Part shown: positions 26,201 through 38,600 of the stretch, one piece after another
Position numbering within the stretch: position 1 is the stretch's first letter
Layout: each line of letters starts with the position of its first letter
Origin: Macrostomum lignano
Lineage: Eukaryota
Direction: 5' to 3'
Assembly (NCBI GenBank): GCA_002269645.1
Contig: NIVC01000151.1
Coordinates: 798,728 to 862,727, forward strand
DNA length: 64,000 nucleotides
The notes under the pieces: model-generated
Databases searched by the model: none
What the model saw: only the letters and a program-made list of their open reading frames with translations
What the model was told of the DNA's origin: nothing
Made by a program: the position numbers and the translations under genes

Positions 26201-29200
26201 TTGGCGTACAATTGAAAATTCAATAAAAATGTGTCTGGCATACACAGAAAACCTTTCGCAATATGGTGTGTAATAGTATACACCAGAAAAAGAATCTTAT
26301 CTCAGCTAAATGTATAACAGTATACACCAAAAGCAAAAAAATTCCTTAAAATGTATATCAAAAAGTCCTCATAAAAAAGGTCATTCAGTTTTCACAAGTA
26401 TGTTTCCTAAGAAAGGCTTTTATATGAAAAGTCTTAAAATATTACAGATATTTTCATTTTAAACCAACTTAAATTAAACCTACAGAAAAAATATTGCAAA
26501 ATTTATTTTCTTAGCAATCATTTATACTAACTTTATTTATTGTTAATTTTAAAAGCTAAGTTTATTACTGACTTTCTAGACTATACAAATTTTCATTTAT
26601 TTTATATAAAAATATTAATTTACATTACAATTTTTATGCACAGCATGAATTTATTAACCAAAATTGGTATGCCAAAAAATTAGTATCAATTTGTGCTGAA
26701 ATTGGTATGCCAAAAAATTGCATGAATTTGTATGCCAACTTTGAAAAGGGTCAGTTGTACGCCAGAATTTTCTGGCATATATGTAGGCCTAACCTTCTGG
26801 AGTCTAGGAGTGTCTATAATATGTAATTAATAATCATTGCTTCCCTCCATTAAAAAGCCAACAAAAATAGATTAGCATAAAGTTTTTTAGTAAACTTTAT
26901 TTAGCTTCCAATTGTACAAAAAGCAATGTAAACAAGGTTTGATAGGAAAAAGACCATATTCAACCTATGCAATACTGTAGAACTAGTTGCCTATGGTTGC
27001 TAAGTATTAGCAAAATAGATAACAATGCTTTTACTATATCCAAATGCATAAAGCCTTCTGCAGCTTAGTCAAATACTCAAGAATGTAGCCTGTATGCTAA
27101 AACTTTTTGGCATGCATTTGCTTAGATATACTTTGCCTAGTATTTATTTAAGATAGAAATAAATATATTAGTTTATAAAAATTAATTTTCTATTTTAATG
27201 ACCTTTTAGTTAAAGTTAGATAGAATTGAAGTCATCAGGTAGAATTGATTAGGAAAGATTAATTAGAAAGAAATATTAGATTAGAAATAAATTAGAAAGA
27301 TTAGGAATCTTTTTCTTGGGTTTGGGTATAGGATTTAGGAATCAAGATTTAGGTCTTTTGTCTTAATGTGTTATAATTTGTAAGTCTAAGTATAGTTATA
27401 AGACATAATATGATAAACAAAAAAAATTAGCTATTAAAGTACTAATAGGCATAACTGGGCTTAGGCTAAAATTAAAGTAGCAATGTAAGATAAAAGAGGA
27501 TAAGTAACAGATGTTAAAAATGTTGAACAATATCAAGATTGAAAGATAAAACATAATAGAGTAGTTGCAAAGTTTTGTAACAAATGAAATAACTTGATGT
27601 ATAACAATTACAAGTTAAAACAAAATGCATTCAATCAACTGAATCAAGTAATCACAAATTCTACAAATTTTGAATCCAAAGGCCTATTCCTGATTCCCAT
27701 TTTTAGGATTGGGATGGGATCCCAATGTTGCAGTAATCCAACTTTCCATGCAATCCTAAGACTGCAATTAGGATCAGGATCTTGTGTAACATCTATTTTT
27801 TAGTAAACATCCATTCAAATAAAGGGAACTTTGTAAAGTAAGCATAAAAGAAGAGTATAATAATTGCATATTATCTACTCTAGATCAAAATTACTACCTG
27901 CCCTTTCATGTCAAATCTATTGTACTTGAGGTGGCCTGTCTGTGTGCTTCACCCATTCCTCAGATAAACTAAATTCAGTTCTCAGCTCACCCTTTCAAGG
28001 AATGACACCCTTGAAACCAACCACTCGTTTTTCAGATTTTATCATGGCAACCCACAAATCAAACACCATTTTCTAAATTTTAGACTTCAGTCTGCGAGCA
28101 GATCATGAAGCAGATCTCCGAGGTGGAGTCGCAGCAGAACCGAGTGGATGTGATCAGCATGAGCTCATTTTACCGCGAGCTGACCAGCGAAGAGCAGCTG
28201 AAAGCCAGGGAGGGCCTTTTTGACTTCGATCATCCTGGTGAGAGTCTTGAAGCTGCGAATTTCAGTGCTAATTTGCTTCAATTTCCATGCTAGTTTAGTT
28301 AAAACTACTAACACCTGAAATTAACACAAGTAGTATTTCGTTAAAATTACAGACGCATTCGACTTTGCCCAGCTGCACCAGACTCTCAGCGATGTCCGCT
28401 CGGGCAAGACCGTCTCTGTGCCGCTGTACAACAAGGCCGCCAACCAGCAGGACCCGGCCAAGCAGAAGGATTTGGCGCTGGTTGACGTGCTGCTGGTTGA
28501 AGGCATCCTGCTGTTCTACTGCTCAAAGGTGCGCTGTGGCTGCTGGGCATGCGGGCAGAGCAGACATTAGACAGACAGACACAGACAGACAGACAGACAG
28601 ACAGAAAGACAGAATTTAACACACAAAAAGTTTTTTGCCATATCAATTTAAGTGACACTACGCAGACAAACTACTGAAAAAGTAGACGCTCTGCTTTTTA
28701 ATAGCTTTAATCGTGATTGGTGTCAGTGATGCACTTGTAATTATAATTTTTTGTACGCTCATCTGCGCCCCAGCCGCCCCGCCCCCCAATCATGTACGTT
28801 GCTATCGATTACTCAGTCCACCTCGCCCCTCTATATAATATGCTTTTTCACACTCTTGAATAATACGCGTATTCTCTCGGTTGCACGTTCATTACAATTG
28901 GCACATCTGATTACTCGAGCATATAGTTTCCCTTTGCATTTATTGTACACCTGCTTAGGTTAATGTTGAAGCTTCACCATCGCCAACTGCAACTCCGCTT
29001 GTTAGGTTCGCGATCTGCTGGACGTGAAACTGTTTGTTGACTGCGACTCCGACACTCGACTGGCCCGCAGAGTCCGAACTGACCTGAATCAGGGCAGGTA
29101 AAGGCAGGGTCCGCGCTATTTTCGTTGATATTATAAGTTTGCTACCGTCACGTGTTCATAGCTAGCAGGCTTAGAGCAGTGACCTGCGCGTGTACTCCCA

Positions 29201-29872
29201 CAACGGCCTTAATGTGTACACCAAACACCACATAGGATAGTGACCTTTATGTGTTCATCTAACACCACACAGGATAGTGACAATGTGTTCACCTAACACA
29301 CAGGGTAGTGACCTTCATGTGTACACCGAACAGCACATGGGCAGTAACCTTCAATTGTACACCGAAAACCATGGGCAGTGACCTTCATTTTTACTCCGGG
29401 CCGAACACTACTTGGTCAGTGATTTTCATTTGTACACAAAAAACATCGGGCAATTGACCTTCGTTTGTACACCGAACAGCACATAGGATCGTAGACTTCA
29501 AACAGCACATTGGGCAGTGATCTTCATGTGTACACCAACGCTACAAGTGCAGTGACCTTCATGTGTACCCTCTACCGTCGCAGAGACCTGGAGACGGTAC
29601 TGCAGAGCTACACCAGATTCGTGAAGCCGGCCTTCGAAGAGTTTTGCCAGCCAACTAAAAAGTACGCGGACCTCATCCTGCCCCGCGGCGCGGACAACTC
29701 AGTCGCCGTGGACATCATGGCGTTGCACGTCCGCGACTGTGTCCAAGGCGCTGGCGCCTCCGGACAGCCGGGAGGGCTCGGCGGCGGCGGACAGCCCGGC
29801 CGGAGGCAGCGCTCGCTTCAGCGGCACCTGTCCGAGTCAACGAACAAGCTGCAAGCGGCCCGGCCGCACTGA
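23267..29872 (+). CDS. UCK: Uridine-cytidine kinase-like protein (256 aa, five exons, open frame)
   Basis: Exons 23267-23326 ([21 protein letters not shown]-loop), 28084-28237, 28353-28528, 29006-29097 and 29584-29872 splice in phase (771 nt). Motifs: [59 protein letters not shown]. Confidence 0.92.
23468..24601 (-). mobile_element. 5'-truncated RTE-clade non-LTR retrotransposon in UCK intron 1
   Basis: Uninterrupted RT C-terminal half ([53 protein letters not shown]). It has a (TTG)n 3' tail at 23468-23486 and a 10-bp target-site duplication acatgcatat at 23458-23467 and 24602-24611. Confidence 0.93.
25160..26040. mobile_element. Non-autonomous DNA-transposon-like foldback element, possibly extending to about 24780-26790
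   Basis: Perfect 21-bp inverted repeats agtataactttggccgtcaac (25160) and gttgacggccaaagttatact (26020), with inward arrays of ttttccgt(c/t)aac and their complements. Outer flanks carry degenerate ggc(g/a)tac motifs. Confidence 0.65.
29170..29570. repeat. Diverged ~32-bp tandem repeat (gcagtgaccttcatgtgtacaccgaacagcac) in UCK intron 4
   Basis: About 11 degenerate units read directly. Confidence 0.85.
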
Positions 29873-30303
29873 CCGTGACCTGACTTGACCTCACGCGGCA
29901 ATGTACAGAGTCAGAGTCTGAACATGCTTTGCTAAGTATAGCCAAGGATTCGACCCGTCATCAATGTTCTGAAAAATTTTTGAAGGCTTAAATCTCGTTC
30001 AAAATGCACGAAAGCGAGACAAGAAAGTTCAGTTTTTTATGCCGTGACATGCACATTAAGTATGTGTGTTTTGAGGCACATGTACCAGTTTGACAAATTA
30101 TATCGACTAAACTAGGATAAGCAGATATGTCACCCGATTGGAGATGTGAAAAAGCAGAGCGTATACCCATTTCTTTTCAGTAGTTTGTCTGCGCTGTCAC
30201 TTAAATTTAATGTGGCAGCTAAAATTTCCTTTCCTTCCTTGGGGTTTGGTGGCCTCAGAAGCATACGGGGTTAAGATTGAACAACAAGCATTTAAGTTAG
30301 ACG

Positions 30304-30465
30304 GACGAAACTCAGCCTAGAGAGGGGCAGGCCCAATCTGGCTCAGCCAATGAGAGAGCAGTAAGGAGAGAGGTCAAAGTCAGACGACGAAACTCAGTCT
30401 AAGGGGCAGGCCCAATCTGGCTCAGCCAATGAGAGAGCAGTAAGGAGAGAGGTCGAAGTCAGACA
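30304..30465. repeat. Two-copy ~82-bp tandem duplication containing CCAAT motifs
   Basis: gacgaaactcag...ggggcaggcccaatctggctcagccaatgagagagcagtaaggagagaggtc(a/g)aagtcagac occurs at 30304 and 30386. Confidence 0.9.
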
Positions 30466-32084
30466 CAAGCGGGCAATAGGAAAGCCAAACTGTTTATCGA
30501 CTGGCTGAGTGCCAGTTTAAAAAAATTCTTTTTACATAATTTCGAGTCTGAGACAGTTTGGAGTCGGTAACAGGATGAAGATGCTAATTTAATTGGTCTG
30601 CTTTTGGAAAGCTAGAGGTGTTTGTAAAGCTAGAGGTGTTTGTTAGAGCTTATAAACTTTGAATGTCTTGAAAATTTTAATGGGTTTTCAGTCATACTAT
30701 TGTAAAGGCAAACAAACGCCAATTATGCTATTGAAAATAGACTAAGAAGTAGAGAAGGGAATTTTTGCGAGTGACATATCTACTTATTCTGGCATCTGTA
30801 ATTTCGCCGCATATTCGGGCCTTCAATTGAATTTGAATGTTTCTGCGGTGCTGCGCGTCCTTGGATTTCGTAGTTTTCACGGCTTTGCAAAAATGTCTTG
30901 TGAGAGTCATCGGGTTTTACAGATGCCATTCTGTAGCGGATTTTTCAGAAATTGATTCGCAATGTATGCATATTCATAGCGGGCCGCTGGGCCCTCAAAA
31001 ATGTTTTTTAAGCTCAGCTTGCTAACGTTATCTGATTAAAAGTAGCAGATTTGTCTATAGTGAAATAGAAATTGTGTTTTATCTTGTAGCTTATTAAAAT
31101 TTGTTGTTTTACGAGTACTGAACTGCTTAAGCAGCATATACTAATTACAGGATTAAACGCACTTGGCTCTAATATAATAGTTTTATTAAACAAATTTGAA
31201 CTGAATAGTCATGCCTTTGTATCGGTTTCTTATAGTGTTCTGTTGTATGGAAGACGCTGGACGTACCAGAGAGGTTTCTGAAGACTTAACGACCGAATTG
31301 GGCATTTACGTCGTGGAAGCAATTTGCATAACCTTTTTGAACTTTGAAGAGCTTATGAAGCTTTGTGTATGCGCTTGATCTGGGGGTTTCCAAACGGCTA
31401 TTGGCATAAGGTGATTGTCAAACAATTGTCAGGAGATTGTCAAACAATTGTCAGGTGACTGTCAAATTTTCACTTCGAAACTTCGCTGCGTTGAGTTCGC
31501 CCAAATTCTGGTGAGGAATTAAACATGACAATTTTAATCAATATGCTGCAAATCCGGGAATTGCAATGAGGAATGTTTTGTTTAAACTCACGAGTACATT
31601 TAGGAGACTTTTATCGGCACAATTGCAAGTCGGCGGGAGGAAAATAACTTTGAACTCGGCTGGTCACTTGCACGCGGTTCCCGCAGGTCTGCGGTAGAAT
31701 GTTGAATCACGAAACTCATTGCGAGTGATCGTTTCGCTTCACTTCGTTTGGGGACGGAAATTAAGAAGATCTTGGCTGTCTATTTCATAACCGCATGATG
31801 AGGAGGCACTTTTTTCAACTTTCTACACAATCGCACATTTGGCTCCTACATGTACATGCAATATTGGACTACTGGCAGTAGGCCACCTGCGTTTTTTTCA
31901 CTATAATCTTTCTCTTGTAGATTTGAGAATTATTATTACTAATTGTGGAAATATTTTTTCCATAAATTCAGTTTTAGTTCTTTGGGTTGTCGATCATTTT
32001 CCTGACAGAATTTGGACTCTTATTCTGCAGTGCCAGACAATCTGAGAGAGTCACGTGCTTTCGAGATTGGAGATCTGATGCAGC

Positions 32085-32130
32085 CAATCAGAATCGAGCT
32101 AGCCAGCCCGGGCCCGTCCAATCAGAAAAT
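32085..32130. promoter_or_regulatory. Paired CCAAT (NF-Y-type) boxes, candidate promoter element
   Basis: gcagccaatcagaa and gtccaatcagaa lie about 30 bp apart, upstream of the C8orf89-like coding region. The promoter role is inference. Confidence 0.4.
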
Positions 32131-32382
32131 TCTAGGCAATTGTTATATCAAAATCGGTTCGCAAATATTATCTTTAAGGCCGTCCTATCTGGGCATTCCC
32201 ACGGATTAACGTAAAAATTGTGAACTAAAAGATTTTCATGATGAAAATAATTTCTTACTTACGTGTGACTGGGGCATGGTTTAGTGCAGTAACTGTCAGG
32301 CTCAACAGGTTTCAACTTCTAATTTGACAGCTCTAAATAGGTATATAGTATAGGTTACAAGTCCATTTTAGGTATGGATAAA

Positions 32383-32587
32383 GGGGTGCTTTCACAACAT
32401 CAAAATTTCACAACGTCGAAAAATTAATATAACAAAGAACCATACAGTAGTTTTCTACGTTGTGAAATTTCGACCTTGTGAAATTTGGATCTTGTGAAAG
32501 AATATGCTTTCGACGTTGTGAAATTTCGATCTTGTGAAAGAAGATGCTTTCGACGTGAAATTTCGAGTTTGCGAAGCCCCCCCCCCC
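32383..32587. mobile_element. MITE, copy 1 (same family as 44591-44841)
   Basis: Poly-G/poly-C-tipped inverted ends (ggggtgctttcacaac...gcgaagcccc) and internal tttcacaacgtcgaaa subrepeats in both orientations. Confidence 0.75.
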
Positions 32588-33002
32588 TCGGATAACGATC
32601 GCTAAAACAGAAATCCGATCTAACTGGCAGCGCCTTGCTGTGCATGTGCAATGAAAACAACCCAACTCATGAAAGTGGGTCAAGAACACTTGCCAAAGAG
32701 GTTGTGTTTAGCGGCAGAGCTTCAGGTGCACCTCCATACTCTTCGGGGCTGGGGGCGGGCAGCGGACGAGAAGAGAAGCTGCGCACCCCGCGGCTCTCCG
32801 CCCCGATAAAACTGAACCTTGGCTGGCTGTGTAGCGGAAGGCTGGGGGGGGCAGAGAAGCAGAGAAACGAGAGACGGTGCTGGAAGCAGCACTTGGCAAA
32901 CTCTTGCATTAAAAGCCTGTACTCGGCAGGCCAGCTCAGCACAGCCGCAGACTCTACGCCTCATCTTCCAATTTGCACTGCCGGCTCTCTTGTCGCTGCT
33001 GC

Positions 33003-33466
33003 ATGCGAAAGATCGCCGCCGGTGCGCAGCCGGACGGAGAGTCCGAAACCCGGTCGGTGCTGTACTACGAGTTCCGCCTGCCCGGCAGGGGCGAAGGCGG
33101 CGCCGCCAGCAGATCCGCCACCGCCCAGCCGGTCGCCAGGAAGCGGCAGCGGAAGCCGCAGCAGCCACAGCAGCAGCAGCAGCTGCCGCCAGCCCTCAGC
33201 AGCGGACCGTTGACTCCACTGCGACCTCAGCCGTGGCCTCGGCGGGACTCCGCAGCATCGTCAACGTCTACGGCCGCTGCAGCTGCTGCGGCGGCGGCTG
33301 CGGCTGCGGTGGCCTGCAGTCAGAGACTTCTGCTGAACTGCAGCCTGCTGACTAGGCAGTGTAAGTGCTCGATTGTCCTTGTCTTTCTCCGTATGCCTGC
33401 CTGCCTGCCTGTCTGTCTTAGAGTCTATTGAGTCTATGTATCTGTCTGTCTGTCTGTCTGTCTATG

Positions 33467-33522
<56 letters not shown>

Positions 33523-33964
33523 GGTCGGTCTGTCTGTCTGTCCGTCTTTGACAGCATAAATAGACACGGCTGTTGGCTTTCACTTTTCCTTGCACATCCC
33601 CTTGCGCGGTTCTCCAGCCTCGAACTGCTCGTCAAATGCAACAGACTGCAGCGGCAGCACCTGGAGCCGACGCCCTCAGCAGAAGCAGCTGTCTCCCAGT
33701 TTGGCGGCCGCAGCTGCGGCCAGTCAGGGCTCGCAGTATCTTCAAGCAGCCACCCTTCGAGCTTACGCCAGCGGCAGTCTGAAACAACAGAAGCAGCAGC
33801 AGCAGGCTCAGGAGAAGTACAGATTCGCCAACCCGGCAAACGGTGCGCCGATGCCGTTCGTTCACCGACTGACGGTCCTGTCTGCTCTGGTGTCCGACAG
33901 CGTGCGCTGGGAGAGACGGCGCTGTTGGAGGCGGACAGCAGCGACCGAGCCGGTTGTCAAGTGA
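33003..33964 (+). CDS. C8orf89-like small protein; two exons supported, 5' end uncertain
   Basis: Exon 33003-33360 (cag t|gtaagt) joins 33618-33964 in phase. C-terminal RFANPANGAPMPFVHRLTVLSALVSDSVRWE resembles human C8orf89 [31 protein letters not shown] (recalled). The remainder has poly-Q and poly-A tracts. Confidence 0.6.
33437..33545. repeat. (TCTG)n microsatellite in the C8orf89-like intron
   Basis: Direct reading. Confidence 0.97.
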
Positions 33965-35604
33965 CGGCGCATTCCACGTAATTGATCGGTCCATTCTATG
34001 AACTGATGATAGCTTGCTAGTGCACTGAATTCTTTAAATATAATTTTAAGACGATGGAGTATTTCGAAAATTGCATCTATATAGGCTCTCAAATCTTGTC
34101 GTTTCTTTGTTGCTTTTAATATCTTAACTTTGTACATGTACACAATACGAGCGTCTGCATACATGTACATGTACATGTATTGTCTGTCAGAGATCAGAAT
34201 CTGCGCGGCTTTGGTCTAACTAGAGAACCAGTTGCGAATATGCACGAATGCTATCCACATATGACTCTGGCCCACTGGGTCTGATTCTTGGGTGATATGT
34301 ACGAGCTAAGTACATGTCATATAGGTTACATGTACATGTAACTGATTTAAATGGATTAAATAGCGTAGCCGCGGCCTGCTGCGTGGCTGCGTGTCGAGCA
34401 ATTATTGCTACTTGTACATGCAGTTAGCGCTATCCGACAACAAGTAGTAGGATCAGAAACTTTCAAATTATTCTGACAAGTACGATTGAGCAAAAATACC
34501 GAGCATGAACTTACACTATAACTGCAGGTACAGCTTACGTATATGATGTACATGTACATATGTATATGTAGATAGACACTCATTAGAAGCAAATTGGGGA
34601 AAGATCGAGTCTGCAGTTCAAGAAAAACGCAGTCACGCGCAGTCCAGTCGGTGCATTGCTTGAACCACTTGCATCTAAATTCCAGTTGTAATTTTTAGTC
34701 GGCAGATTTTGGCCTGCATTTAGCATTTTGCAGATTGCTTGCCGAGATTGTGCAAGTTCTGCATGACGTTGCTTATAGATGCAGTAATATAGGATACGAG
34801 CGTAATTGATATGGTCGGCGTAAGAGTATTTTTCCGTTTTGTCGCGCACAGTGGAATGCAGCATTATTTTAAAGGCCGATCCAGAAAACTCTTAGGATCG
34901 GGGGGCAATTTACAGGTCTATTGTACAGGCATATGCAGCCGCTTTCCAAAATCAGTTTAAATTTCGTCAAAACAAGCCAAAAAAGACATGAATTTTTTGG
35001 CCTCACTGGATTCACCATAGCTACCTGTCCTATCCCATTGGCAATTTGTCAACTCCCCTTTAACACGTTTATTGCAAAAGTAAACTATTCAACATTTCTA
35101 CTCTACGGAGTGGTTACGCAAACATAGGTTAACAAGCATTCGGTATTTAACCGTGACTAGTTTAGTTTGTAAATAATTTTATATGTATATTTAAATTTAT
35201 TTTCTACATATTATAACAGTATTTTGTGTCATTTAGCTTTGGTAAAATTGTGCTTGCAAACAAACATAGTTTTTAAATAAGAAAAAAGTGCGTGCTCCGC
35301 GTAAATAAAGTCGGCCTCGTGAAGTTAACAGTTGACCGTATACAGGCAAGAATTAAACACTCGCGTCGCACCCACGCACGAGCTAATTCGTCATAAGACT
35401 TGTTATATTGAGGGTTGCTTACTTTGGTATTTTTATATTTCCTTTAAGGTTCCTTAAACTTCCTTTTCAGATACGATCTATACTAATTCTATTGATCGCA
35501 TCGTAGTCGTGGCATTTGACTTGACTGACATAGTTCTAGAAATTCAAGCATTAAACGAAGATAAGTAAAGCTGCGACTTACTGACTCTCAGCTGTAAGCA
35601 CAAC

Positions 35605-38600
35605 ATGTTTCTTGGAAGTAAAGTTTCATCTCTTCTCAGAGCAGTTCAGTCTCAAGGTGTAAGTTTTCTAACTTGAAAAAAAAACTTTTGGGATGTTTGA
35701 TACATATTTTGTGCTTTAGAATATATGATTTCAGTCAATTCAGATACATTTTTGCATTGTGTAAATTAGATATAGGTCAACCATTATAGCCTATGTTGAC
35801 CAAAATAAAAAATGCCAAGTTTTGAAGATTTATAACATTTTATCTTTTGTTCTACCAATGTAAGAGTTTATTATCAAAACAGTACAGTAGTCTTAGTTTT
35901 AATATTAATATTAAGGTCTAAGGAAAATTAATAATGCTTAGGCCTATTATCAAATATTATATTATTAGGCCTATAATAGGGACTCCAGTGAGGTTACCGT
36001 AAAGCTGATAATTACACGAAAAATTGTAAAATAATGTTTTTTTAAAATGAAATTGCCAAGCATAGAAAATGTTTACAGTAAAAACAAAATATACATGTTA
36101 AAGAAGAGTTTCTATTCTTTTTAATGAGATAAAGAAACAAAAAATATATACATTGTATGTTGAGTAATGTCCCACTGAACTTCGTCTTTTTTTTAATACA
36201 CTCGTTTTGTTGCCAAAAAAAGTGACTTTCAAAAGTTCGTTTTTTGTTGGAAAGCAATTATTTTAACAAAATATAACTATTTATTGATACAAACAACTAT
36301 ATTTACAAACATTTTTTGACATTTTGAGAAGAATTTTTTTTTATTTTCTCCCTATTTAGACAGTATAAAAAAATTAAAGTTGAATAAAAGTCGTACCCGT
36401 ATTTCCGAAGCTTAGTAAAACCCGGAAAGGAATACTACTCCGTAATATGATTACATTAAAAAAAACCGCACATGTCAATCTACATCCGCCAAAAAGTTAT
36501 TGAAGCCTGTTTTTTGCCTATCTCTTCAGTGTAAAATAGACGGATAAAACAGAAAATTTAAATTTTTTTCTAGCAGTAATTTCCGAAGACTATTCTTCTA
36601 CTGCATTTAATAGAGGAACTTATAGGAATTCTTCACAGCACTTTTATATCTTTCCACATACATCCGCCGAGGAGCAGCAGCAATGTTAGCTTTTTAGTAG
36701 CGATACTACTTACATACTACTTATATAAAAAGTGGCTTATTATGGCTTTTCTTAATTTGCAATTGCAAATTAGTTTTGAAGGCAAAATAATACAAATAAA
36801 TGTATGCTTTAGCTTATTGAGCTATAGCAATTGCAATCCCAATAAGTGACCCCTTGAATGCACGTAACCTTGGTCTGCAATTCAAACTCCCATAAAAATG
36901 AACTGAATTTCATAAGAAATTGTGTTTATTCCATTTGTAAGTTTAATAAGCAACTTCACAATATACAATTTTAAGTACAATTTATTTTTAAATACTTCTT
37001 TACACTTGTTTACAGATATAAATGTTCATTGGTAACTTTATTCACAATATACAATTTTACAATAAGGATAGGCTCAATCAAAAAATATACAAGACAATAG
37101 TATCAACAATTATTTACCTATATGTTTTACAGTTAAAAAGCAAAGCAGACAATATACATTATGTGTGTAAAGACAATAAGCATTAAATATATGCTAACTT
37201 CAGTCTTCAGTTGCAGCTACTCAACAAGCAATAATATTGGAAAAAAAGAACAAGAGCTTTTAAATAAATTAAAGTACACACAAAAAAACATTTTCATATG
37301 TTTTTCATTAAAAAAACAAATCAAACTTTATATATATTCATTAGTCTAAAAAATATAATTATTCAAAGTTGAAAAATGTGCAATTTTAAGATATGCTATC
37401 AAGTTCCAGTAGCAAAAAAGTCACAAAATTGGTGAATTTTTTAACCTTTGTCAATATATAGGAAAAAATGGTATAAAAATATATATACTTTTATATGTTG
37501 TGGAGTAAACAAATAAAAAAGATTTCAGAAAAAGCAATTAACTTTTAAATAATAGTCATTTGAAATTTTAATTTTGCTCTATTTTTGATGTGCATTTTTC
37601 ACTTTTGAAAAATTCAAATGCAAACCACAAGAAAGATACATTAGAAAGAATAAAAACAATTTGTTAATCTTATGTAGAACTGCTTGGTCTTTAAAATGAT
37701 ACCAGACTCAATATTGTATGTTGAATAGCAAAAAAGATATGACAATAAAAAGTGAAAAATTTTGTTTTCGTACATCTAATGGCAACAATCTATAATGTAT
37801 TTTTCCTATCTAAAAAACGTAATTTTTTGGGGACAAAAAATGCTATAACTTTTTTATTACTCAACCAAATTTAATAAGTGAAGCCATTTTGTGATGCTGT
37901 TATTGTCCTCTATCAGATACATATCTGAAAATATATAAATTTTAAAGTTTCAAAATCTCACTGGAGTCCCTACCTATAACATTTCTTTTTATAATTTTAT
38001 TATATTTTTAAAATTAGAAAGTAGCCTTAATAGGCCTATGCAAAATGAATTTGCAATTGCATAATAATCTGTTTTATATTTGGTAAGTATCTAATTCCAT
38101 TTATAAATTTTTTATAAAAGATAAATATTATTCTATTATATTATAGCTATATTATATAGTTTAGAAAGCGGGTGATAGACCAAGGTGGACACAGACCAAT
38201 GTGGCTACAAGGCAAGCCTATTTCTTATTGGTTTTAGAGGGAGGGAGAGGAATGGAGCTAAATGATGATGAGCCAAATTTGATTAGATTTCAGCTATAGA
38301 GATCTTGCTTAGTGGCGGCTATAGTTAAAGATTATGGAAATTTGGAGCACTTTATATAATCGCATTACTGATTCATACTGATCCACTGATATATAGTAAA
38401 AGCTCTCCAATACCACCTCATCAACACTCTAGGATGCATTCTCACAAGTCAAGCGGCTGTTCTCCATTCACGAGTACATGGCCATGGGCCTGCTGCAGAA
38501 GAGCGGCATTGCTGTGCCAAAGTTTGGTGTGGCCAAGACCAGCGCCCAGGTCTACCAGATGGCTCAGGATCTGGGTGAGCTGGCTCTGGGGTTGATTGGC

